Assembly: GCA_002422365.1 (NCBI GenBank)
Contig: DIUO01000031.1
Coordinates: 100,187-157,564, forward strand
Reading direction: 5' to 3'
Source: Proteobacteria bacterium UBA6156
GTDB taxonomy: Bacteria; Pseudomonadota; Alphaproteobacteria; UBA2136; UBA6156
DNA length: 57,378 nucleotides
The translations under genes were made by a program, and so were the position numbers. The notes below the pieces were generated by a model. It was given only the letters and a program-made list of their open reading frames with translations, had not been told where the DNA came from and searched no databases. The first letter of the stretch is position 1; each line of letters opens with the position of its first letter. Shown here piece by piece: positions 1 to 7,900 of the stretch.

Positions 1-183
1 TTCAGGAAGGAATGGGTGGTGAACATCCGCTACGAACTGGCGGGCTTCAATGCCCCTGCCATGAAAATTGAAGCTTCAGAGATGGCCGATAACCCGAACC
101 CCTTGGGTGTACGGGTGGTGGGCTACACCTGGACGGAACGCAAAGACACGAAGAAGGAACCCCAAGATGTTGAAGCATTCTAG
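1..183 (+). CDS. virB8: VirB8-family T4SS protein, C-terminal fragment (5' end outside window)
   Basis: Frame +1 is open from the window edge to TAG 181-183 and reads FRKEWVVNIRYELAGFNAPAMKIEASEMADNPNPLGVRVVGYTWTERKDTKKEPQDVEAF. The NPLG-x-x-V-x-x-Y type C-terminus and the position directly upstream of virB9 fit VirB8. It is absent from the ORF track because no start lies in the window. Confidence 0.6.
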   Translation, partial: FRKEWVVNIRYELAGFNAPAMKIEASEMADNPNPLGVRVVGYTWTERKDTKKEPQDVEAF

Positions 184-1228
184 TTTGCTGGTACTGACCT
201 TGACCGTGTGCGCCAGCGCCCACGCCCAGATAGTGGACAAAAAGGTGCAGGGCATGGCCGAGGGCATCACACCTCCGAACCGGGCGGAGCGTGGGGAGGG
301 GCCTATGACCAATACCGATCCCCTGAAGCTCAACCTGAAAGCCGTTCAGGAGGCTTTTGACGATTCTCCGAATGACGCCAACGTGGCGACATTTGAATAC
401 CGCCCCGAATACACCGCCAAAGTCCGCACCCGCGTTGGGGTTCGCACCATCATCAATTTCGATCCTACCGAAACCATCAAATCCTTTGTGGTCGGTAATC
501 CTGAAATCTTCAACGTCATGCCCATTCAGAGCGGAGAATATAAAAAGGGCTTCATCCCCTACATGCTCACCGTCAAGGCCGCCTATGCGGGAACGGACAC
601 CAACCTGGCCGTGATTACCGAGAGTAATCGGATTTATAACTTCTACGTTCGGTCAGACCCCGTAAACAGCAAGTTTGTGCCGCATTTTACCGTCTATATG
701 AAGATTCCCGATAAAGGCACCGAGAAGCAAATTACCCTCTCTACGATTGCACGGATTACCGATATTTCGGAAACCGCCATATCTCAGACAACTTCTCTTG
801 AAGGCGATGAAGACAAACGGAAAGCCAAACCGAAGCTCTTCACCATCCAGCGGAGCGGTGATAACGATTACCTCAAAAGCCTGGAGGAATCGGACAACAT
901 CAATACCGATTATCGGATTAAGGGAGCCAAGGCCATAGCCCCCTACGCGGTCTATGACGATGGCAGCTTTACCTACTTCGATTACCGCGACCGGCTGGCC
1001 AGTGACCGTCTGCCAGTGGTTTACAAGGTGGTGGACGGATACGACACCCTCGTAAACTTCAATATCGTAAAAGGCTTTGTGGTAGCCGAAAGCCTTTCGC
1101 CGGAGGGTTGGACACTCCGCAACGGGCAGAAATACGCCTGCATCAAACCGACAAAGCCGGTAGGTGTCATCCAACGGGCGCCCCTGAAGGACGAACTGAA
1201 CGATGAGTACAAGGCGGCAACCGAATGA
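167..1228 (+). CDS. virB9: VirB9/TrbG-family T4SS outer-membrane core protein
   Basis: ATG 167 gives the signal peptide MLKHSSLLVLTLTVCASAHA followed by a VirB9-like core (YRPEYTAKVRTRVGVRTIINF, FVVGNPEIFNV). The ORF-track start at 68 would overlap virB8 and is not used. Confidence 0.85.
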   Translation: MLKHSSLLVLTLTVCASAHAQIVDKKVQGMAEGITPPNRAERGEGPMTNTDPLKLNLKAVQEAFDDSPNDANVATFEYRPEYTAKVRTRVGVRTIINFDPTETIKSFVVGNPEIFNVMPIQSGEYKKGFIPYMLTVKAAYAGTDTNLAVITESNRIYNFYVRSDPVNSKFVPHFTVYMKIPDKGTEKQITLSTIARITDISETAISQTTSLEGDEDKRKAKPKLFTIQRSGDNDYLKSLEESDNINTDYRIKGAKAIAPYAVYDDGSFTYFDYRDRLASDRLPVVYKVVDGYDTLVNFNIVKGFVVAESLSPEGWTLRNGQKYACIKPTKPVGVIQRAPLKDELNDEYKAATE

Positions 1229-2319
1229 TTGCCTGGACTTCTCCCGTAGCTTACGCAGTTTTTGCGGGCACCGCCCTGTTGACCGTAGGCACGGGCACCT
1301 ACTTCTACCTGTCCAAGCACAAGATAGACTTGCCGCTTCCCGGCAAGCCCTTTCTCATAGCCAATACCCAGCCACCGGCAGACTTCTTTGACACGGTTCC
1401 GGCCCCAGCTTTATCACCAACCATTCCGGCTACCATCCTTCAGCCGCCGCCCGTGGATAAGTCGAGAGAGACATTGTTGCCGCCGCCTAGCGAGATATTT
1501 GTGCCAGTCCAACCCCAGCCACCACAGATTCCGCCCGAAGAGCTGAAGCGCAATGAAATCCTGCGCCAATCGCTTTTTGCCTCGGAGAGCGCCAAGGAAA
1601 TCCGCAGCTTTGACGACCTTCATAAGGAGTTTTACGAAAAGCCTTACTCAGCGGAAGAGCAAAGCTTTGATAAGGACTTCCGCGAACATGGCGTGAAAAG
1701 CGAAACCGCCACATACCCCGTCAAGCTGGAACGGGTTTTAACCATGAACAAGTACATTCCCGCCGTGCTGGAAACAGAGATCGAATCCGAAATCCCCAGC
1801 CAGAAGGTGATTGCCATGGTGGAACAGGACGTGGTGGGCTTCCATGGCCGCAAAGTCCTTATTCCCAAAGGCTCAAAGGCCATCGGGAAGTATGAGGCAG
1901 TTGCCTCGCCGGACAGTACCCGCCTTGGCATATCCTGGTATCGCATCATCACTCCGGACGGCATCAACATTAAATTGACCGCAGAGGCCGTGGATTCCCA
2001 AGGCTCCAGCGGCCTAACCGGCTATGTGGATAGCAAATGGAAGGACAAGTACGGCAGCGCCTTGCTCTTCAGCAGCATCAGCGCCTTGGCCCAGATGAGT
2101 GTGCCGGTGGAAAACAACAACGCCAAAGCCGCGGCTGATTCCTTCTCCAACGCCCTTACGCCAGTTGTGGCCGAGCAGCTCCGCCGCTCTCTCGACGTTA
2201 TTCCTCGCATCAATATCCCCAAGGGTGAACGCATCATCATCTCCCCTCTGGTGGATATCTGGTTCAAGGAACCGAAAGACAACGAAATCGAAACCGAACC
2301 CTACAACAAGGAGCAATAA
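1225..2319 (+). CDS. virB10: VirB10/TrbI-family T4SS protein
   Basis: ATGA overlap with the virB9 stop. The product has an N-terminal TM helix, a Pro-rich linker (PPPVDKSRETLLPPPSEIFVPVQPQPPQIPP) and a C-terminal TrbI-like domain (VIAMVEQDVVGFHGRKVLIPKGSKAIG, SSGLTGYVDSKWKDKYG). Confidence 0.85.
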   Translation: MIAWTSPVAYAVFAGTALLTVGTGTYFYLSKHKIDLPLPGKPFLIANTQPPADFFDTVPAPALSPTIPATILQPPPVDKSRETLLPPPSEIFVPVQPQPPQIPPEELKRNEILRQSLFASESAKEIRSFDDLHKEFYEKPYSAEEQSFDKDFREHGVKSETATYPVKLERVLTMNKYIPAVLETEIESEIPSQKVIAMVEQDVVGFHGRKVLIPKGSKAIGKYEAVASPDSTRLGISWYRIITPDGINIKLTAEAVDSQGSSGLTGYVDSKWKDKYGSALLFSSISALAQMSVPVENNNAKAAADSFSNALTPVVAEQLRRSLDVIPRINIPKGERIIISPLVDIWFKEPKDNEIETEPYNKEQ

Positions 2320-2321
2320 TC

Positions 2322-4487
2322 ATGAAATCCCCCCTGTTTGCCGCCCTCGCTTTCTGCGCCCTGGCCTTTCCAGCCATGGCGGAAACCGTCAGATCCACCA
2401 TCAGCCCTACGGTAAGCGTTACGCCCACCGCACCCGTCACGGCGGCTATCGTCATATCAGGCACCAACATCCTTTTGCCTGTTGTGATTGATAAGACCGA
2501 TGGGGAAAAGAAGCTGGAAGCCCGTTTGGTCAACCTGCAAAGCGCAGGGGTCGAACTCGGCATGGAAGCCATGATTTTAGAAGGGGAAGCCGCCGCCAGC
2601 GATTCCCCGGAAGGTGGCAAGGATTACGCTATTAGCTGGGGTACGGCCTCCCTCCGCACTAAGGCGGGCGGGAAAGTAAGTACCTATATCACCAAACCTC
2701 TCCAATCTAATGTGTCCGCCAATCCTGCCGTTAAGGGCGGAGACAGCTTTACCGCTGAAGGCGACCCAGCAGAGCTTTTGGCCGCGTGGAAACGCCTGCA
2801 GGAGAAATTGAAAGATGAGGACAAAGAGGCAAAGGAGGATGCCGAAAAGAAAACCGACGCCCCGGCGCCGACAAAGGACTTTGGCGAAAACGCCAAGGAA
2901 CCTGAGCAAAAGGCCCAAACCCAAACACCCCAATTCCAGGTCAAGACCGACCCCGTAACCGTCAGCACCCGCGACGGATGCAGCATGAACGTGGATTTTG
3001 ATCAGATGGTGGCGATTGTTCAGGAACGCACCCTGCAGGACGGCAAAGAGGTTGCCGCCTGCCAAGACACGCTCACCCGTTACCCGTTGGAAAAGAAGTA
3101 CACGTCCTGCCCCAGCTTCGTGGATCTGGACGTCAAGAAAGTCTATAAGCAGTTTACCCTCAGCTATAACGACCCGGTTTCCGGAGGTGCTATCCAAGTC
3201 AAGGATTGCTCCAAGGATGTAGAGCAGGTCACGCCAATTACCTTAGACACTGCCAGTTGCAGCCTTCGTAACGACTTCACGGCGGGTAAATCCATCCAGC
3301 AGGGGCGGATGGTTTACACCGACAGCAACGGCACCATCCAAGAACTGCAATCCTGCACGGATACCGATATTACCTACCCGCACATCAAAACGGACGACAC
3401 CTGCAATGACGTGGTGGACGAGGCCAATAAGCTTGTCACCCACCAGTACCGCTACAAGATCAATAAGGATGGTACGGACGAGTTTGTATCCCAATGTGAG
3501 CCGGACATGGCGACCTCCACCCCACTTCAGGAGGAAATCTGCACCAGCCCCCGCTATACAAACGACTTTGCGGCCAACACCAGCTACCTCAACAAATCCT
3601 ATTTCTACAACAATACCCAAGGCGACCGCGTAGACGTGACCCACTGCCAAGCCAGCACAACGTCCTTCCAGCATAAGAAAGAGGAGGGGACTTGTACCGC
3701 CAGTAATGACGATAGCTCCCGCCAAACCACCATGTACGCCAAGACCTACATTGAAGAAACGGCTGGCGACAAGGTGTACCTCTCCGATTGCCAGCCCATC
3801 ACACCCAAGGTGCCCTATGTGAACATCGGCCAGAAATGGATCAAGACCAGCGGCGCCACCCAAGGCTTCAAGCTGAACGCAGACGAAAGCGGGGCATTAG
3901 CTGATTGGCTCGGAACACTCATCCGCAACACTAATAGTCCCATGCCAATACAGACGCCAACCATGGCTCAAGTACCTTGGCGTACTCAAATTCAAATTGA
4001 CTATTGGACGAACAAGCCGGGGTTAGCCATCAATGGGCAGGAATTCGTTATCAACACCCGAAACTGGTACTACTACACGGCGGATTCCTATGGCTACCAG
4101 CAGCAGAATATCCATGATTCGTCTTTTGGCGGAAGCATGAGCTGCCTCAAGCCCAAATCCCTGCCGTGGATCACGACAGGTGGACTTACGGTGGATTCAG
4201 CCAATTCCACGGAAACGCCTACCACCAACACGACCTATGCCTTGTCAAATTTCAGCATGAACTCCTCGGGCGGTAAGCTCAACTTCAACATGAACATCCC
4301 GACCAACCAGAACGGAACCGGGCAAATCAACTTCCAGTGCGGAGCGCCCACCTGCACCTTAAGCCAGTTTGCAGGGCGGAACGTCTACCGGCGCGGGGAT
4401 AATTCGGAGTTTGTGGATACCAGCGTAAGCACTGGCACCCAGGCTGTTTGCGGCGACGGCTCAAACCTTGACGGGAAAACCATGTAG
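2322..4487 (+). CDS. Secreted 721-aa Cys-rich tandem-repeat protein embedded in the virB operon (function unknown; possible surface or mating-pair protein)
   Basis: Starts 2 nt after the virB10 stop and ends 2 nt before the virB11 start. It has the signal peptide MKSPLFAALAFCALAFPAMA, a Lys/Glu-rich linker, six roughly 48-aa modules each bounded by a Cys pair (aa 220-490), and an Asn/Thr/Gly-rich C-terminal region. Confidence 0.75.
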   Translation: MKSPLFAALAFCALAFPAMAETVRSTISPTVSVTPTAPVTAAIVISGTNILLPVVIDKTDGEKKLEARLVNLQSAGVELGMEAMILEGEAAASDSPEGGKDYAISWGTASLRTKAGGKVSTYITKPLQSNVSANPAVKGGDSFTAEGDPAELLAAWKRLQEKLKDEDKEAKEDAEKKTDAPAPTKDFGENAKEPEQKAQTQTPQFQVKTDPVTVSTRDGCSMNVDFDQMVAIVQERTLQDGKEVAACQDTLTRYPLEKKYTSCPSFVDLDVKKVYKQFTLSYNDPVSGGAIQVKDCSKDVEQVTPITLDTASCSLRNDFTAGKSIQQGRMVYTDSNGTIQELQSCTDTDITYPHIKTDDTCNDVVDEANKLVTHQYRYKINKDGTDEFVSQCEPDMATSTPLQEEICTSPRYTNDFAANTSYLNKSYFYNNTQGDRVDVTHCQASTTSFQHKKEEGTCTASNDDSSRQTTMYAKTYIEETAGDKVYLSDCQPITPKVPYVNIGQKWIKTSGATQGFKLNADESGALADWLGTLIRNTNSPMPIQTPTMAQVPWRTQIQIDYWTNKPGLAINGQEFVINTRNWYYYTADSYGYQQQNIHDSSFGGSMSCLKPKSLPWITTGGLTVDSANSTETPTTNTTYALSNFSMNSSGGKLNFNMNIPTNQNGTGQINFQCGAPTCTLSQFAGRNVYRRGDNSEFVDTSVSTGTQAVCGDGSNLDGKTM

Positions 4488-4489
4488 CC

Positions 4490-5488
4490 ATGAAAGCCAC
4501 CAAGCCGCCGCTTGATCCGCTTGAGCGCGACCCGCTCATGCGGAACAAGCTCCTGCACCTTAAACCCTACCTCAGCGCAAAGAATCTGGTGGAAATCCGC
4601 ATTAACCAGCCGGGAATGGTCATTCAGACTTTTGCCGATGGAAAGAAGGTCACAAAGCCAGACCCCAAGCTCTCCTTCGATTACTTGGAGAACATGGGGA
4701 AGATTCTGGCGAATCTCACCTACCAGAGGTTCAGCGAGGATAAGCCCATTCTGGCCTGCAAGCTTCCGGGCGGGCACCGGGTTCAGATTGTGGCTTATGA
4801 GAGTGTCGCCAGCAGTTTTGCCATGGTTATCCGTATCAAACGGCAAGTGGTGTATAGCCTGGACGACTTTGGGCTGAGCCGAACCGAACAGAAGGGCGTT
4901 TTGAACGCTATAGCCAATAACAAAACCATTCTGGTGTCCGGCGGCACTGGCACGGGCAAAACTTCCCTCACCAACTGCCTTATCCCGCACATTCCGCTGG
5001 AACAGCGGATTTTGACGATTGAAGGGGTGGCGGAGCTGGTGGTGCCGCATGAGGATTGGTGCGCCTTAACTTATTCCGAGAATAAGTCCGGCATCTCCAG
5101 CAACGGCGCAGCGGAACTCCTGCGGGCTTCCTTGCGCCTCAGCCCCGACCGCATTCTGCTGGGGGAAATCCATACCGAGAATGCCGCTGTGTTCGCGTCC
5201 GCTATCAACACAGGGCATGAAGGCTCAATCGCCACCATCCATGCCAACAACCCCCGCGCCGCCATTGTGGCGCTCATCAGTAAAATGATTGTCAACGGCA
5301 GTATAGACAGTGGCAGCATCGGCATTGTCCAACGCCAGCTTTGCGAAGATATCCACGGCATCATCCAAATTGACAGGGATGCCAAAACCCACCGCCGCAA
5401 GGCGTACTTTGAAACGATGGACCGCCTTGCGGGCCTTGATCTCAAATCTGACGTGGACAGGGAGGTTCAGCAAAATGGGCATCCTTAG
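4490..5488 (+). CDS. virB11: VirB11-family T4SS ATPase
   Basis: Walker A motif VSGGTGTGKTS, RILLGEI, and a His-box-like GHEGSIATIHAN, as in the VirB11/GspE-type hexameric ATPase family. Confidence 0.9.
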   Translation: MKATKPPLDPLERDPLMRNKLLHLKPYLSAKNLVEIRINQPGMVIQTFADGKKVTKPDPKLSFDYLENMGKILANLTYQRFSEDKPILACKLPGGHRVQIVAYESVASSFAMVIRIKRQVVYSLDDFGLSRTEQKGVLNAIANNKTILVSGGTGTGKTSLTNCLIPHIPLEQRILTIEGVAELVVPHEDWCALTYSENKSGISSNGAAELLRASLRLSPDRILLGEIHTENAAVFASAINTGHEGSIATIHANNPRAAIVALISKMIVNGSIDSGSIGIVQRQLCEDIHGIIQIDRDAKTHRRKAYFETMDRLAGLDLKSDVDREVQQNGHP

Positions 5489-7118
5489 CCGCGTCCTCAT
5501 GGCGGCGCCGGCAGGTTACTTCGTAGCCTCGGCCGGCGTCTGGTATCAGCAACCCAATTTGGTGACGCGGCCGGAGGGGCTTTACAAAGCGTGGGCGGCC
5601 CTTGGCCTTCACGCCCCGAACAGCATGTGGCTGGCGGCGTATGCCGCCGCCTTCGCCGTGGCCTTCATTCTTGTGCATCCCAGCCTTGAGCGCAGCAAGT
5701 ACGGTAAGGCCAAGTGGGGTAATTGGCGCACGGCGCGGGAACTGAAGCTGAATGGCAAGCAGGGAATTTTCCTTGGCCTGCTGGACGGCAAACCTCTGCG
5801 CCTGGATGAAAGCCTGTCGGTTTTGATACTCGCCCCTCCCGGCACCGGCAAAACCTCCGCCATCGCTATTCCCACGCTTCTCACCAGCCGCAACAGCTTC
5901 ATCATCAGCGACCTCAAGGGAGAGTTATTCGACCTCACGGCGCCCACACGCAGCACGTTCAGCCGGGTTTGGTACTTCAACCCCACCAGCAAAGGCACCG
6001 CTCGCTTCAATATCTTCGCCGCCAGCATGATGCCGAAGAGCATATTGGACTTTAGCGGCCATGTTTTGAACGCGGCCCACATCATCATTGAAACTCCGCA
6101 AAAGGGCGAAGACTACTTTACCAAGGCGGCGCGGGATGCCTTCGCCTTCTTCGCCCAATGGCTGATATGGAAAAACGGGGCAACCTCCCTCCCTGAAATC
6201 CGCAGCCAAATCCTGTCCAGCGAGGATATTGCCGGTACGGTGGAGGACATGATTGCCGACCTGGAAGGCGAGGGGGCGTTGAGTTCGCATAATGATTGGA
6301 GCGAGTACGGCCCCGGCATTATCCAAAAGCTTATCGAGGACGGGCGCAGCACGCTTGTTGCCGCCAGAAGCGAGGAACAATGGGCGGGTGTAATGGGAAC
6401 ACTCTCCACTTCCCTACAGCCGTTTTCCGATCCCCGGATTGCCGCTGCCACCAGCGGGCCATCCGACCTCAACGCTGAAGACCTGAAGAAGGAATGCACC
6501 AGCATTTACCTTGTCATTCCCGACAAAGACCTGGCCCGCCTCTCTCCCATCGTCACGCTCATTTTTGAAGCTTTAGGCTCCCAGCTTATCTCCGAAATGC
6601 CGAAACCCGCCCAAGTGCCGGTCACGTTCCTGCTGGATGAGTTTATACGCCTCGGCAAGCTGAAACAGGTCAAGGAGCTTCCCGCCATCTCACGCGGCTA
6701 CCGCGTCAATGCGGTATTCATCGCCCAGGACTTCCAGCAGATAGCCGACAAATACGGGCGGGAAGCGGTAAGCATTTTCAACTCGACCTGCGCCTACAAG
6801 GTCATTTTCCGCCAGAACGACCTCAAGACCGCAAAGGATATCAGCGACACCATAGGCAACTTCACCACCACCAAACTCAGCACCAGCCGTTCCGCCAAAG
6901 GCATCCTCAAAACCGAGCGCAGCACCAGCGAAGCCGAAGAAGGCATAGCCCTAGTAAGCGCCCAAGAGATTCTCAACCTCAGCAAGGAGGAAAGCATAGT
7001 CATAGGGCAGGGGGAGCTTATGCACCCGCTGAAAGTGAAAAATGGATTTTGGTTCTCCCAGAAAGATATGATGTCCTTAATAAGAACTAATGCATTTCGG
7101 AGAGAGGTTTTGGGTTGA
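5475..7118 (+). CDS. virD4: VirD4/TraG-family type IV coupling protein
   Basis: ATG 5475 (MGILSRVLMAAPAGYF) overlaps the virB11 stop by 14 nt. The product has two N-terminal TM helices, Walker A LILAPPGTGKTS, and FLLDEF (Walker B region). The ORF-track start at 5310 lies inside virB11 and is rejected. Confidence 0.9.
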   Translation: MGILSRVLMAAPAGYFVASAGVWYQQPNLVTRPEGLYKAWAALGLHAPNSMWLAAYAAAFAVAFILVHPSLERSKYGKAKWGNWRTARELKLNGKQGIFLGLLDGKPLRLDESLSVLILAPPGTGKTSAIAIPTLLTSRNSFIISDLKGELFDLTAPTRSTFSRVWYFNPTSKGTARFNIFAASMMPKSILDFSGHVLNAAHIIIETPQKGEDYFTKAARDAFAFFAQWLIWKNGATSLPEIRSQILSSEDIAGTVEDMIADLEGEGALSSHNDWSEYGPGIIQKLIEDGRSTLVAARSEEQWAGVMGTLSTSLQPFSDPRIAAATSGPSDLNAEDLKKECTSIYLVIPDKDLARLSPIVTLIFEALGSQLISEMPKPAQVPVTFLLDEFIRLGKLKQVKELPAISRGYRVNAVFIAQDFQQIADKYGREAVSIFNSTCAYKVIFRQNDLKTAKDISDTIGNFTTTKLSTSRSAKGILKTERSTSEAEEGIALVSAQEILNLSKEESIVIGQGELMHPLKVKNGFWFSQKDMMSLIRTNAFRREVLG

Positions 7119-7119
7119 T

Positions 7120-7147
7120 TTGAATTGTACGCAGATAGTGTTATATT
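7120..7147 (+). promoter_or_regulatory. Putative sigma70 promoter with extended -10 for the AT-rich cargo operon
   Basis: TTGAAT (7120-7125), a 16-nt spacer, and TGtTATATT (7139-7147), located 20 nt upstream of the first cargo ORF. Confidence 0.35.
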
Positions 7148-7167
7148 ACCGACCTTAAACAAAGAAA

Positions 7168-7398
7168 GTGAGTGATATGACCGAAAAGAAAGATGGCGGC
7201 CGCCAGTTTGTCACAGATCAGGCTTTATCATCCGCATCATTGCAAAATGGTATGACCACAGCGTCGTTACAAAAAAGCCTTACTTCTGCAAATTTGCAAG
7301 CTGCATTAACACCCACACCTGCACCAGCTCAAACAGGTGCAACATCTGCAACTGCCGCCACTGTTGCTCAAGCATCAACCACTACAACTACAAAATAA
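7168..7398 (+). CDS. Small 76-aa protein with three 9-aa (27-nt) repeats and a Thr/Ala-rich tail; unknown function
   Basis: GTG 7168 (alternative ATG 7177). The motif (S/T)A(S/N)LQ recurs at aa 22-26, 31-35 and 40-44. The stop overlaps the next start as TAATG, which argues that it is translated. Confidence 0.45.
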   Translation: MSDMTEKKDGGRQFVTDQALSSASLQNGMTTASLQKSLTSANLQAALTPTPAPAQTGATSATAATVAQASTTTTTK

Positions 7399-7898
7399 TG
7401 TGCTTCATTGACTTTGCAGCACCCGTTGATTGGGAAGCGGTATCTTACATAGCAACGGCTATATCTACAGTGGTTGCTATTATTGGTTTCGGTGCTGTCA
7501 CCTATCAAATCCTGCAAGCCAGAAAGAGTTCTGATTTAGAGGGGATTCAAAGTTTCTTTAGCGGCATAACTCTCCGAGAACATGAGTTTATTACTGCTAC
7601 CATTTGCGATAATAAAACAAAGTCGTTTAATGAACTGGTTAATTATTTTGAAGTATATGCGCTGGCAATAAATAAGAAATTGTTGCCTAAAGCCAGCAGA
7701 GACTTAGTGATTGATAAATTGATCGAGGGCATTGCTCTTATTCATGTTGATGCAACATGGCTCACTAGCTATCAAAGTGCAAAAATTACACCTAATACAT
7801 TTTGTGAACTTGAAAAGTTTACAAATAAATATAAGAAGAAAATTGAAGCTCATAAGCTGCGCTTTCAGCCACCTCTAACCGAAGTAAAGTCTTCCTAA
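7398..7898 (+). CDS. 166-aa single-pass membrane protein, unknown function (layout reminiscent of DUF4760-type proteins, from memory only)
   Basis: N-terminal TM helix AVSYIATAISTVVAIIGFGAVTYQIL followed by a soluble helical region (NYFEVYALAINKKLL). It is translationally coupled to both neighbours and is AT-rich like them. Confidence 0.6.
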   Translation: MCFIDFAAPVDWEAVSYIATAISTVVAIIGFGAVTYQILQARKSSDLEGIQSFFSGITLREHEFITATICDNKTKSFNELVNYFEVYALAINKKLLPKASRDLVIDKLIEGIALIHVDATWLTSYQSAKITPNTFCELEKFTNKYKKKIEAHKLRFQPPLTEVKSS

Positions 7899-7900
7899 AC

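Noticed and set aside
5310-5474. N-terminal extensions are offered by the ORF track: virD4 from 5310, virB9 from 68, merR from 18980, csoR from 26041, ParB-like from 29503, rpe from 39030, TatD-like from 49762, tmk from 52091, the membrane protein from 52830, the tmk-like gene from 53623 and the 21666 start.
   Set aside because: Each extension overlaps the preceding gene or runs through an operator or intergenic signal, is compositionally odd (Pro/Ser/Arg-rich) and lacks an RBS. An internal ATG with a Shine-Dalgarno-like sequence, a signal peptide or a conserved N-terminal motif gives the expected protein start.
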